DNA from: Sulfurimonadaceae bacterium
Lineage (GTDB): Bacteria; Campylobacterota; Campylobacteria; Campylobacterales; Sulfurimonadaceae
Direction of reading: 5' to 3'
Length of the DNA stretch: 56,396 bases
Assembly: GCA_041571435.1 (NCBI GenBank)
Contig: JBFFUI010000010.1
Span: 1-56,396, forward strand
How positions within the stretch are numbered: position 1 is the stretch's first letter; each line of letters opens with the position of its first letter. Positions 11,425-22,000 of this stretch are shown piece after piece. A program made the translations under genes and the position numbers. The notes under the pieces were generated by a model. That model was not told the DNA's origin and did not search any database. It saw only the letters and a list, made by a program, of their open reading frames with translations.

Positions 11425-13013
11425 TATTTTTCTCCTTCATCATGGTGTTCCGGTTTCTTGAGAAGGCGGACAGCCAGGTACGGTGTAAAGATATAGGCCA
11501 CAAAGAGTGAGGCGATCAAGGCAACCGGTACGTTTGCCGGGATAGGTTTCATGAACTGCCCCATCATCCCGCCGACAAAGGCCATCGGCACCATTGTCAG
11601 AATGATCGCCAGTGTTGCGATGTTGGTCGGCGGTCCGATCTCATCAGTCGCTTCGACCATCAGTTCATCGGCATTGCGCTTCGGTGCATCCATGTCATGG
11701 TAGTGACGGTGGATGTTCTCGATCACAATGATAGCGGCATCGACCAGTAGACCCAGACTGAGCAAAAAGGCAAAGAGGGTGATACGGTTGATGGTCTGTC
11801 CGGTCAGGTAGGCGACAAACAGTGTGATCGCCAGGATCGCCGGAACGGTAAAGGTGACGATCAGAGACTCTCTCCAGCCCAGAACAAAGATCAGCAGCAG
11901 AGCGATGATAATAATGGAGAGGACGAGGTGAAAGACCAGCTCGTTGACGGCCTCGTTGGCACGTTCGCCGTCATTACGGGTAATGACGTAGCTGATGCCG
12001 TGTTTTGCCATCTCCTCTTTGTAGTGGCTGAGCTCCTCTTTGACTTCGTTTGCAATGACAACGGCATTGGTCCCCTGCAGTTTGGAGACGGTCAGTGTGA
12101 CCTGCTCCTGCAGCGGAGAAAACTTGCCATTCTCATCTTTGACACTGACCAGTGCCGATTTGAAGTTCTGTCTGTCGTAAGCATCTTCGACGGTCGCAAT
12201 ATCTTTCAAATAGATGGCCGCCCCCATGTACTGGGCAACGATGATGTTGGCGATGTCGTCTTTGCTCTCGATGGCATTTTTGACGCCGATCATGATAAGC
12301 TCATTCTCTTTGGTACGGTTTTTGACATCAGGGACATTATAAGCGACCGACTGGACCGCCTGCGTGATCTGACCCATAGAGAGGTTGTAGCCGGAGAGTT
12401 TATGCAGATCGACCAGGATGTTGTATTGGTGCTTGTGACCGCCTTTCAGGTCGGTTACGGCAACGTTGTCCAGTCCGTTGATATGGTGCTGGATCTGTTT
12501 GGCATAATCGAAAAGCTTCGTCGGTGCCATGGTCTTGTCCTTTGCATAAAAGGCGACAGTGACAATCGGAATGTCGATATCGATATCAAGCGGCAGGATC
12601 GTCGGTGCCATTGCCGTTTTCGGGAAAAGGTCCTTGTTCTGCATGATCTTGTCGTAGACCTTGAGGTTGGAGTTCTCTTTCTCCTCACCGATAAAAAAGG
12701 CGGCATTGACGACACCGAAGTTGTCCATTGCCGATCCGTAGATATGTTCAACACCTTTGACCTCTTTGAGTTTGCGCTCAAGCGGTTTTACGATGACCTG
12801 TTCAATCTCTTTGGCAGTAGCACCGGGCATCGCAACGATAACGGTTGAACCGCTGACGACCATCTGCGGGTTCTCCTCTCTGGGCATCATCTCAAGGGAG
12901 AGATAGCCCATAAGCAAAAGAAAAACACCCAGAAGTGCTGTCAAAGGGTTTCGAATAAAAGCCTTTGCCAGTTTTCCGGCGCTGTCTTTTGGAACATAGC
13001 TTTCGGTTTTCAT
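11424..13013 (-). CDS. RND efflux permease, N-terminal half (split AcrB/CzcA-like)
   Basis: MPREENPQM, PGATAKEIEQVIVKPLE and GLLVDAAIIVIENIHR (TM4 signature). TAA overlaps the next ATG (TAATG). Confidence 0.92.
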   Translation of the reverse strand: MKTESYVPKDSAGKLAKAFIRNPLTALLGVFLLLMGYLSLEMMPREENPQMVVSGSTVIVAMPGATAKEIEQVIVKPLERKLKEVKGVEHIYGSAMDNFGVVNAAFFIGEEKENSNLKVYDKIMQNKDLFPKTAMAPTILPLDIDIDIPIVTVAFYAKDKTMAPTKLFDYAKQIQHHINGLDNVAVTDLKGGHKHQYNILVDLHKLSGYNLSMGQITQAVQSVAYNVPDVKNRTKENELIMIGVKNAIESKDDIANIIVAQYMGAAIYLKDIATVEDAYDRQNFKSALVSVKDENGKFSPLQEQVTLTVSKLQGTNAVVIANEVKEELSHYKEEMAKHGISYVITRNDGERANEAVNELVFHLVLSIIIIALLLIFVLGWRESLIVTFTVPAILAITLFVAYLTGQTINRITLFAFLLSLGLLVDAAIIVIENIHRHYHDMDAPKRNADELMVEATDEIGPPTNIATLAIILTMVPMAFVGGMMGQFMKPIPANVPVALIASLFVAYIFTPYLAVRLLKKPEHHDEGEK

Positions 13014-13023
13014 CCTATACTCC

Positions 13024-13818
13024 TTATTTTACGACGACAGTGGCATACATACCAGGATAGATTATCGCTTTTGTTTTGTTTTCAAAAGCGATCTTGATAC
13101 GAAACGAGTGTGTCATCGGGTTCGAACTTGGAATGATCGCAGCGATCTTTCCGGTCGTTACGACACCGACCGAAGGAATAGTCACATCAACTGGTGTACC
13201 GGTTTTAATGCGTTTCAGGTCGCTCTCTGCAATATCTGCCGTGATCTTAAGCGAGTCAAGGTCTGAGAGTACAAAGGCCGGCATACCCGGCATCGCCATC
13301 TCACCGACTTTGATGTTCTTGGCGATGATCACACCGTTGTTCGGTGCTTTGATATGGAGGTACTTATACTGGTTTTTGACCTCTTTGAGCTGTGCATTTG
13401 CCTGCTGCACCTGCTGCTTGCTGATCGTGACCATGTCCTCCATGTTCTTTGCCGCAAGTTCAAGGTTCTCAACCTCATACTTTGAGACCATCTTCTTTTC
13501 AAGAAGGCGCATGTGGCGTGCCAGATTGAGGTTGACGTTGTTAAGCTGATTCTGATTCATCTGCAGTGCCAGCTGTGCCTGTGAGATGCTTAGTTGCACA
13601 CGGGCGATTGCCGTATCGACCTCTTTTGAGTCGATAGAGTAGAGCAGAGCGCCCTTTTTGACATAGTCGCCTTCATTGGCTTTGACGTTGGTGACAAAAC
13701 CCATAAAACGGCTGGTGATCATCTTCTCATTGTCCGAGATAACGGTTCCCGAAAGAGTCAGTCCCTCTGCCAGCAGTGAGCCTGCCAGCGCGATAAGTAG
13801 TAGTATCTTTTTCATCAT
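13024..13818 (-). CDS. RND efflux periplasmic adaptor (MFP) subunit
   Basis: Signal peptide, VKANEGDYVKKG, helical hairpin, IKAPNNGVI and PGMYATV. Confidence 0.93.
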   Translation of the reverse strand: MMKKILLLIALAGSLLAEGLTLSGTVISDNEKMITSRFMGFVTNVKANEGDYVKKGALLYSIDSKEVDTAIARVQLSISQAQLALQMNQNQLNNVNLNLARHMRLLEKKMVSKYEVENLELAAKNMEDMVTISKQQVQQANAQLKEVKNQYKYLHIKAPNNGVIIAKNIKVGEMAMPGMPAFVLSDLDSLKITADIAESDLKRIKTGTPVDVTIPSVGVVTTGKIAAIIPSSNPMTHSFRIKIAFENKTKAIIYPGMYATVVVK

Positions 13819-15188
13819 TGTGCTCCGTTTGCTAATTTTTCCAAGGCGAATATACGCTCGTTACGTTTGTTCTGTACTTCAAGAAGGGCAAGGACCTTCT
13901 CGATCTGCTCCGACTGCTTGATGACAAGGTCGTTCATCGAAGCGAGCTGCTCTCTATAGCGCTCTTCATAATTATTGTATATCTCTGTTGAAAGTTCAAG
14001 CTCTTTGCTAAGGCTTTCGATCTCATAATCCAGTGATGCGATCTCGGTGCGGATCTTTTCGATCTTCAGGGCGATCCCTTTTTTGGCAAGTTGGACCTGC
14101 GTCTTTGTCTTCAGCTCGTTGACCTTGGCCTCTTCAACTTTGTTGAGGTCCGATCCGCCGCTAAAGAGGTTCCATTTAAGCTGTACACCGGCCATGTACG
14201 AACCGTTGCCCATCATGTCATACTCATCCAGATTGACGGCAGAGGACTGCACATTGGCTTTTAGACCGATCATCGGCAGGTAGCCTGATTGGGAGACATC
14301 GACCATGTTTTTGCGGATGGCCAGGCCTGTCTCTGCCTGTTTGATATCGACATTACGTGCCAGGATCTCGTCAGTGCTAAGCGATGTCTGCTGTATGCTC
14401 GACTCGGGAGGTGTGATCTGTGTAACCTCGCGGTTGAGTAGAAAGCTCAGGTAGTTATAGAGCAGGGCCTTGTTAGCCGTCATCTCATTGAGGTTGCGTT
14501 CGACGTTGGAGCGTTTTGCCTGCACTTCAAGTAGGTCGATCCGTTTTGCGTAGCCTTCCTTGATCATAAACTGCGTCGTCTCTTCCAGCCTCTTGATGTT
14601 CTCATTGATGGTGGTCAGCTTTTTTATCGCTGTCTCCAGCAACGCCATGTCATAAAAGGCTTTGCGTGTCTCGTAGATCTTGTCATTGACGGTCTTGTCG
14701 GTCTCGAGCTGCTGCATCTTCTCCATCGACTCACTGATGTCGGTGTAGCCGCTGATCTTGCCGCCGGTGTAGATCGGCAGGGTGTACTCGAGTTTGGTTT
14801 GGAAGTAGTTGGTGGCGCCGGGGTTGTTCACTTCATCCGGCTGGTATGTCGGATCAAAATTACCCAAGAGCATCGCATTGTATACATCGGTGGTGAAGCC
14901 AAAGTCACCGAATGCCGCCTGTCGAGAGGCCAGTTTAAAGCCAAAGACGTTGCCGGCATCGTCAGAGTTGGCGGCATTCAAGATGAGGTCCAGGCTACCC
15001 CAGTTCATGGCACTGGCCTGATCCGTCTTTGCCTGGGTACTCTGCAGTTCATACTGTGCGGCTTTGATCTCCAGGTTGTCCTGTTTCAAGATCTCTATCG
15101 CCTCATCCAAAGTGAGGCTAGTCTCGCTAGAGAGGGGCGCCCCATATAGAGACAAACCTATAGCCAATAAGCTACTTATCATCTTCAT
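13815..15188 (-). CDS. TolC-family outer membrane efflux protein
   Basis: LTLDEAIEILKQDNLEIKAA, LPIYTGG, YLPMIGL and WNLFSGG. Start moved to MKMISS (ATG 15188) after SD AAGGGAGA. Confidence 0.9.
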   Translation of the reverse strand: MKMISSLLAIGLSLYGAPLSSETSLTLDEAIEILKQDNLEIKAAQYELQSTQAKTDQASAMNWGSLDLILNAANSDDAGNVFGFKLASRQAAFGDFGFTTDVYNAMLLGNFDPTYQPDEVNNPGATNYFQTKLEYTLPIYTGGKISGYTDISESMEKMQQLETDKTVNDKIYETRKAFYDMALLETAIKKLTTINENIKRLEETTQFMIKEGYAKRIDLLEVQAKRSNVERNLNEMTANKALLYNYLSFLLNREVTQITPPESSIQQTSLSTDEILARNVDIKQAETGLAIRKNMVDVSQSGYLPMIGLKANVQSSAVNLDEYDMMGNGSYMAGVQLKWNLFSGGSDLNKVEEAKVNELKTKTQVQLAKKGIALKIEKIRTEIASLDYEIESLSKELELSTEIYNNYEERYREQLASMNDLVIKQSEQIEKVLALLEVQNKRNERIFALEKLANGAQ

Positions 15189-15226
15189 ATTATCTCCCTT
15201 CTGAACAATCAATCATAAATATCTAT

Positions 15227-15252
15227 ATATATTATATCATGAAATTATATAT
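15227..15252 (-). promoter_or_regulatory. Imperfect palindrome overlapping the extended -10 of the tolC-RND operon (candidate repressor site)
   Basis: ATATATTATA-TCATGA-AATTATATAT (8/10 arm match). Contains TGnTATAAT on the minus strand (TATAAT at 15231-15236). Confidence 0.5.
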
Positions 15253-15385
15253 GTAGTATACCAAAAAAATAGCAAATTGACGATAAAATATCTAAATGTG
15301 GCATATAATATCGTCAGGCATGATTAAGTTGTAAATAGCGTGTAAATAGGGTAAAATTTCAAAAATTCATCAACAAAGGCCGACA

Positions 15386-15952
15386 ATGGCAACAATTGGC
15401 ATGGGAGACATCAAAAAAGGTGTCCGTTTAGAGATCTCGGGTGTACCGTATAAAGTAGTAGAGTTCCAACACGTTAAACCGGGTAAAGGTGCTGCATTTG
15501 TACGTTGTAAAGTCAAAAGTTATTTAAACGGTAAAGTGGTAGAGAAGACGATTCATGCAGGCGATAAGTTCGAAGTGCCGAACATGGAACAAAAGACGAT
15601 GCAATACCTTTATGACGATGGTGAGATGTACCAGTTCATGGACAATGAATCGTATGATCAGCTCGGTCTCAGTTACGAGCAGTGTGAAGAGGCGAGCAAG
15701 TGGTTCAAAGACGGTGTCAATGTTGAGATAAGTTTCCACAACGGCAAGGCGATCGGTGTTGAAGCACCGGCGGTTATGGAGCTGGAGATCACGGAAACCG
15801 GTCCAAAAGACAAGGGTGATACGACGAGCGGCTCCAAAAAACCGGCAACACTTGAAACCGGTGCAGTTATCCAGGTGCCTTACCATATCTTGACGGGTGA
15901 TGTCGTCAAGGTCAACACAGTCGACGGTGAATACCTGGAAAAGGTTAAGTAG
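15386..15952 (+). CDS. efp: Translation elongation factor P
   Basis: [21 protein letters not shown] and KGDT...KPATLETGA. Confidence 0.98.
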   Translation: MATIGMGDIKKGVRLEISGVPYKVVEFQHVKPGKGAAFVRCKVKSYLNGKVVEKTIHAGDKFEVPNMEQKTMQYLYDDGEMYQFMDNESYDQLGLSYEQCEEASKWFKDGVNVEISFHNGKAIGVEAPAVMELEITETGPKDKGDTTSGSKKPATLETGAVIQVPYHILTGDVVKVNTVDGEYLEKVK

Positions 15953-16145
15953 CTTCGGCACACCTCGCACAAAAGTCCAGCACTCGGCGTACTGGTGTAC
16001 GCTGTCGTCAGGACATTGCGCACAATCTGCATCCAATCTATTAACGTTAAAAGTTTTTTTTCTTTCATAAACTGCATCATCTTTTATCATCCAAAATTTA
16101 GATTTCTCCTTGTGTTACAATAATAAAAACGAAAAAGGAATATTT

Positions 16146-16706
16146 ATGCCGAAAGTATTAGTCCCTTTAGCGGAAGGTTTTGAGGAGATCGAAGCGGTCT
16201 CAGTGATCGATATTATGCGCCGGGGCGGGATCGATGTTTTGGTCCGTTCGCTTGATGATACGATGGAAGTCAGAGGTGCAAACGGTATCACAGTAAAAGC
16301 CGAGGGTTCCCTTGACGGAGTGACGGCTGATACGATCGATATGATCGTACTGCCGGGTGGCTGGGGCGGTACACGCGCCTTGGCAGAAGATGATAATGTG
16401 CAATCACTGCTCAAAGCGATGGATGCCAAAGGCAAAGATATCGGGGCTATCTGTGCCGCACCGTTTGCCCTCAAAGCAGCCGGTGTCCTGAAAGAGAGCT
16501 ATACCTGCTATCCGTCAGTAGAGAAGGAGATCAAACAAGAGGGATATCAGGGTGACAGATCACAAGTCGTGCAGACCGCCAATGTCATGACGTCAAGAGG
16601 GCCCGGAACAGCGATCTGTTTTGGGTTGGCAATCGTCAAAAGACTGATGGGTGACAAGACCTACAATTCGGTCAAAGCGGGAACGCTGTCGACCTTCTGC
16701 GAATAG
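16146..16706 (+). CDS. DJ-1/PfpI family protein (YajL/ThiJ-like)
   Basis: GFEEIEA, IVLPGGWGG, AICAAP (catalytic Cys) and TSRGPGT. Start ATG 16146 after SD AAAGGA; TGnTACAAT at 16113-16121. Confidence 0.93.
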   Translation: MPKVLVPLAEGFEEIEAVSVIDIMRRGGIDVLVRSLDDTMEVRGANGITVKAEGSLDGVTADTIDMIVLPGGWGGTRALAEDDNVQSLLKAMDAKGKDIGAICAAPFALKAAGVLKESYTCYPSVEKEIKQEGYQGDRSQVVQTANVMTSRGPGTAICFGLAIVKRLMGDKTYNSVKAGTLSTFCE

Positions 16707-16754
16707 AGGAGAGCGACAGACGCATTGGTGTGTTCCTCTAGTGAAACACGCCTT

Positions 16755-17186
16755 TTATCTTCTGAATTCACGCATGTCATTGACAATGAACTCATCGTGT
16801 GTGAGTTCGCTATCGCTATTGCGATCCATCTTATCAAAGCGGGCTTTTTCGGCCTCTATCATCTCCTCTTTAGTGATGAGACCGTCACGATCCGTGTCAC
16901 TGTCTCTGAACACAGCCTCTGCCAGTTCCGGCAAGAAGGTATAAAAACGGCTGTTGTAGAGGTCCTCTTTTGTAGCGGTGCCGTTTCGGTCGGTATCCAT
17001 CTTGATAAAGCGTTCATCGATGAAATCCATATACTCCGCTTTGGTGATAAGACCGTCTTCATCACCGTCAAACTTGTTAAAGAGATAGGTGTGCATCTGC
17101 TCATCGCTGTAGTGTGGTTTGAGCAGGCTGCAGCCGCTTAATAGCAGGGCAATCAGTATTGTAGCGCATCGTGCTGTTTTTGTCAT
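16755..17186 (-). CDS. EF-hand calcium-binding lipoprotein
   Basis: Lipobox LLSGC and four EF-hand-like loops: DGDEDGLITKAE, DTDRNGTATKED, DTDRDGLITKEE, DRNSDSELTHDE. Confidence 0.88.
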   Translation of the reverse strand: MTKTARCATILIALLLSGCSLLKPHYSDEQMHTYLFNKFDGDEDGLITKAEYMDFIDERFIKMDTDRNGTATKEDLYNSRFYTFLPELAEAVFRDSDTDRDGLITKEEMIEAEKARFDKMDRNSDSELTHDEFIVNDMREFRR

Positions 17187-17221
17187 TGTCTCTCTTTTTT
17201 AGGCCATTATAACCAAAGTGT

Positions 17222-17434
17222 CTACCTCCTATTGAGATAAATGATCATGATAAGCAGAAGGAGCGTAAGCGGCAGGACGAGATAAGGATTGACATACATC
17301 AGACCTATAAAAATTGCGTAGACAAGTGCCAGTATGACAGCCAGCAAGGTGAACAAGGCGAGTGCTGTCAGGAAAAGGACTATGTTCCCGTGTTTTGAGC
17401 GCTTTTCATCGATCCATTCAAGCAGTTTTTTCAT
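17222..17434 (-). CDS. Small integral membrane hypothetical protein (70 aa)
   Basis: Basic N-terminus plus two hydrophobic helices. TGnTATAAT ends 6 nt before the ATG. Confidence 0.7.
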   Translation of the reverse strand: MKKLLEWIDEKRSKHGNIVLFLTALALFTLLAVILALVYAIFIGLMYVNPYLVLPLTLLLLIMIIYLNRR

Positions 17435-17476
17435 CGTTCTATTATAACAGAGTATCTGTTTGCATAAAGCAGTGCG

Positions 17477-18982
17477 TTAATCCAGAAGCCGCATCTGGCG
17501 TTTGTTCGCCTTGGGCTGTTTTTGGCCCTGACTGTTCTGCTGGGCATCGCGCATAAAGAGCGGTACCTTCCGGCCTTTGTTTTTGGTAATGTCCAGCAGC
17601 ATGGTCTCGATGATCTCTGACTCATCGAACTTTCTCTCTTGTGTCAAAAAGTCGAAGATGTGTTGGGTCAGGCGGTCCAGCGAGATCTTCCAAGTGGATT
17701 GGGTCTCGGAGTAGAGCCATTTTGAAAAGGCGGCAAACCCGTCATAGACCGTTGTCTCTTTAAAGAGAAGGTCGGTCGTATTGGTGAAGTTGCCGCTGTT
17801 GTAGACCAGGTCCCAAAACCGTGCAAAACGTTTCATCTGCTGGATCTGCGCAAAACTGATAAGGTCATTTTGCAGTATGTCATACGGGGGAATATTGGAG
17901 TAGATCATGCCGAACGTCTTGTCATGGCGCGACATCGTCGTACCGGCAAGATGCTTCAAGATACCGATCTGGATCTCGCAGGAGGTGATGGACGCGAGTT
18001 CATTGAGGTTGCGTCCAAAACCTTCCAGCGTTTCACCCGGAAGCCCGACGATCAGGTCAACATGCATGTGCGCCTTGGTCTCGTTCTCAAGAAAGGTGAG
18101 GTTCTCTTTGATCTTCTCGATACGCAGCGGACGGTTGATGTTGTTGGCGATCTCGGGGTCAAGCGTCTGTATACCGACTTCAAGCTGCAACGCACCTGCG
18201 GGAAATTGTGCAATGCGTTCTTTGAGGGAGTCAGGAAAATGGTCCGGGATCACTTCGAAATGGGCAAAATAGGGCGGCTCTTTGGCTAAAAAGAAGTCTA
18301 AAAGGGCATTGGCAAACTTCATGTTAAGGTTGAATGTACGGTCGATAAACTTGAAATTTCGTGCCCCCCGCTGCCAGAGCTTTTCAAACTCCACCAAAAG
18401 GGCATCGATGGCAAAGTTGCGGACCTTCTCGTCGATGGCGGAGAGGCAGAACTCACATAGAAAAGGGCAGCCGCGTGAGGCTTCGACATAGATGTAGCGG
18501 TTGGCGACATCACTGTCGCTGTAGTAGTCATATGGCAGTTTGATCGCTTTGAGGTCAGCCATGACTGGTGTGATGAGCTGTTCTGTCGGTGCAGTGCCGT
18601 CAAAGATCTCACGGCAGAGCTTGTAAAAGGCGATATCCCCTTCGCCCTGGATAATGTAGTTTGCTTTGGAGAAGTCGACACGGTGGGGCAGGTGTGCGGC
18701 TTCAGGTCCGCCAAGTACGATGACGATTTCAGGTGATATCTTTTTGAATATCTCGATCAGCTGATGCACTTCGGAAGCGTTCCAGATGTAGACAGAGATA
18801 CCGATAATAAAGGGTTGCTCTGCCAGGATCTGCTCGGCGATGCTCTGGACATTCTCGTTGATAGTGAACTCTTGGATGATCGTCTCATCCTGAAGCTCCT
18901 GCATGTTGGCATAGAGGTAGCGCAGGGCGATTGCCGTATGGGTGAAGCGTGAATTCAGCGTGGTCAGGACAATTTTTTTCAT
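17477..18982 (-). CDS. B12-binding-domain radical SAM protein (DUF4080-type)
   Basis: N-terminal cobalamin-binding-like domain (GISVYIWN, VLGGPE), EASRGCPFLCEFCLS (CxxxCxxC), FIDRTFN and DLIVGLPGE. Confidence 0.9.
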   Translation of the reverse strand: MKKIVLTTLNSRFTHTAIALRYLYANMQELQDETIIQEFTINENVQSIAEQILAEQPFIIGISVYIWNASEVHQLIEIFKKISPEIVIVLGGPEAAHLPHRVDFSKANYIIQGEGDIAFYKLCREIFDGTAPTEQLITPVMADLKAIKLPYDYYSDSDVANRYIYVEASRGCPFLCEFCLSAIDEKVRNFAIDALLVEFEKLWQRGARNFKFIDRTFNLNMKFANALLDFFLAKEPPYFAHFEVIPDHFPDSLKERIAQFPAGALQLEVGIQTLDPEIANNINRPLRIEKIKENLTFLENETKAHMHVDLIVGLPGETLEGFGRNLNELASITSCEIQIGILKHLAGTTMSRHDKTFGMIYSNIPPYDILQNDLISFAQIQQMKRFARFWDLVYNSGNFTNTTDLLFKETTVYDGFAAFSKWLYSETQSTWKISLDRLTQHIFDFLTQERKFDESEIIETMLLDITKNKGRKVPLFMRDAQQNSQGQKQPKANKRQMRLLD

Positions 18983-19098
18983 TACCGAATTATAGCCAAA
19001 TGCTTTTCGTAATAAAGCGTCCGATATGGTGAATATATACAGCCAGATTTAACCTCCAGTGAGTACAATATCCTACTATTAATACTCTTAGGATTTTT

Positions 19099-22000
19099 AT
19101 GAGCGTACAGCCTTTCACCCATTTACATCTTCACACCGAATACTCCCTGCTGGACGGTGCAAACAAGATCTCAAATCTTGTCGAACGCGTCAAAGAACTT
19201 GGTATGACATCGGTCGCGATGACCGATCATGGCAACATGTTTGGCGCTATCGATTTTTGGCATCAGATGACCAATGCGGGTATCAAACCGATCATCGGAA
19301 TGGAGGGCTATATCCACAACGGTGAAGAGATCGACGACAAAACGACGAAGCAGCGTTTTCATATCTGTCTTTACGCCAAAAACCAAAAAGGGTATGAAAA
19401 CCTGATGTACCTTAGCTCCAAAGCCTATATCGACGGGTTTTACTACTTTCCGCGTATCAACAAACAGGAACTGCGTGAACATTCGGAAGGGCTTATCTGT
19501 TCGTCAGCCTGTCTGCAGGGCGAGGTCAACTGGCACCTTAACATGCAGAACCAGCGAAATGTGCGTAACGGGGCAGAGGGTTACGAGGGTGCTAAACGCG
19601 TCGCGCTCGAGTATAAAGAGATCTTCGGTGACGACTTCTACCTGGAACTGATGCGACACGGTATCGGCGACCAGCTTTTTATTGATGAGCAGGTGCTTCA
19701 GCTCAGCCGCGAGACCGGGATTAAGATCGTCGCGACGAATGACACCCACTACACGTATCCGGACGATGCCCAGTACCATGAGGCCTTTATGTGTATCGGG
19801 ATGAATAAACTTTACGACGACCCGAACCGTATGCGCCACTCGGTGCATGAGTTTTACCTCAAGTCACCGGAACAGATGGCACGCCTCTTCGCCGACATTC
19901 CCGAAGCACTGGAACATACGCAGGAGATCGTCGAGAAGTGTCAGCTTCAACTGAAACTGGGTGACCCGATCCCGCCGAACTTTAAATTTACGAGAGAGTA
20001 TGCTGCGCGTGAAGGGCTGGACATCAATTATGAAGATGATGCACCGCTCACAGAAGATGCAGATGCAGACGCCAAAAAGAAGTGGTTAAGTGCCGCGGAT
20101 AAAAATGATGCGGAATACTTTATCCACCGTTGTAAGGTAGGGCTTGAACACCGTCTAAAACACGTGCCGCCTGAGCGCCATGAAGAGTATAAAGAGCGTC
20201 TGGAGTTCGAGATGGATGTCATCAACTCCATGAAATTTCCGGGTTACATGCTCATCGTTTGGGACTTCGTAAAAGAGGCTAAAGTGATGGGCGTTGCCGT
20301 CGGACCGGGACGGGGTTCGGCCGCGGGTTCACTGGTCGCATACGCACTGGACATTACCGACATTGATCCGATGAAATATGACCTGCTGTTTGAGCGTTTC
20401 TTGAACCCGGAACGTGTATCGATGCCCGATATCGATATGGACTTTATGCAGGCGCGCCGCGGCGAGGTCATCGACTATGTGGTCGAAAAGTACGGTCGAA
20501 ACCAGGTGGCCCAGATCATCACCTTCGGCTCACTCCTTGCAAAAGGGGTTATCCGTGACGTCTCGCGTGTCTTGGACGTGCCGCTTTCTCAGGCGGACAA
20601 GATGGCGAAACTCATTCCGGATGAACTGGGTATTACACTCAACGGTAAAGGCAAAGAAGGAAGCGAGAACTTTAAAGAGGGCGCATTCCAGAAAGAGCCG
20701 AAGCTGCGCGAATTGATCGAGACCGATCCTCAGGCTGCACGTGTCTGGGAGTTCTCCAAAAAACTCGAAGGGCTCAAACGCAATGCGGGTATGCACGCCG
20801 CGGGTGTCGTTATCTCCAACCGTGAGCTTTGGTACAAAACACCGATCTACAAGCCATCGGGTGAGACCACCTTTGTAACGCAGTACTCACTGAACTACCT
20901 CGAAGACGTCGATCTTATTAAATTCGACTTCTTGGGTCTGAAGACCCTTGACGTCATCGACGCGGCGGTCAAGCTGGTAAAAAAACGCTACAACAAAGAT
21001 ATTGACTGGCACACCATCGACGAAAACGATCCGGGTGTCTACAAGGTTATTCAGTCGGGTGACACGATCGGTATGTTCCAGATAGAGAGCTCGGGTATGC
21101 AGGACTTGAACAAACGCCTTAAACCGTCGACTTTTGAAGACCTTATTGCGGTCCTGGCACTCTATCGTCCGGGTCCGATGGAGTCGGGAATGCTCGATGA
21201 CTTCATCGAACGTAAACATGGCCGTCAGGAGATCGTCTATGTGTTTGATGCTCTCGAAGAGATCCTGAAACCGACCTATGGGGTCATCGTCTACCAAGAA
21301 CAGGTCATGCAGATCGTTCAGACCATCGGCGGATTTAGCCTCGGTGGGGCGGATATCGTCCGCCGTGCGATGGGTAAGAAAAAAGTCGATGTCATGCTGC
21401 AGTACAACAAAGAGTTCTCCGAAGGTGCGCAGAAACAGGGGCTCGACTATAAGACCGCTTCCGAGCTGTTCGACCTTATCGAAAAGTTTGCGGGCTACGG
21501 TTTCAATAAATCGCACTCGGCGGCATACGCTATGGTCACCTTTCAGACGGCATGGCTGAAGACCTACTATCCGCAGGAGTTTATGGCGGCACTGTTAACG
21601 TCGGAGAAGGACAACACGGAGAAGATCGTCAAATACATCGATGAGGTCAAGCGTATGGGGATCGAACTCTCCCCGCCGGACATCAACATGTCACAGCTTG
21701 AGTTCTCGGCAACGGAGAAAGACGGTCAGGATATCATCCTCTTTGGTCTTGGGGCTATTAAAGGTGTTGGTGAATCGGCCGTTGAATCGATCCTTGAGGT
21801 GCGCAAAAACGGTCAGTTCAGCTCAATGCAGGACTTTGTCAACCGTATTGAACCGCAAAAGGTGAACAAGCGGGTTTTGGAGTCGATAACGAAGTCGGGC
21901 GGTTTTGATGCCTTTGGTCTCTCCCGCCGTGCGATTCTCGGTCAGATGGAATTGATCATTCAAACGGCAAAAGATGCTTCCCAGGCGAGGAAAAATGCCA

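Noticed and set aside
11928-12848. Long antisense ORFs (e.g. 11928-12848, 22033-22890, 37652-38413, 55447-56052)
   Set aside because: These are shadow or alternate frames of well-supported genes and have no recognisable motifs.
17477-18982. Radical SAM maturase for the Trp-repeat peptide
   Set aside because: It lies about 28 kb away and is a B12-binding DUF4080-type enzyme with no SPASM or RRE features seen.
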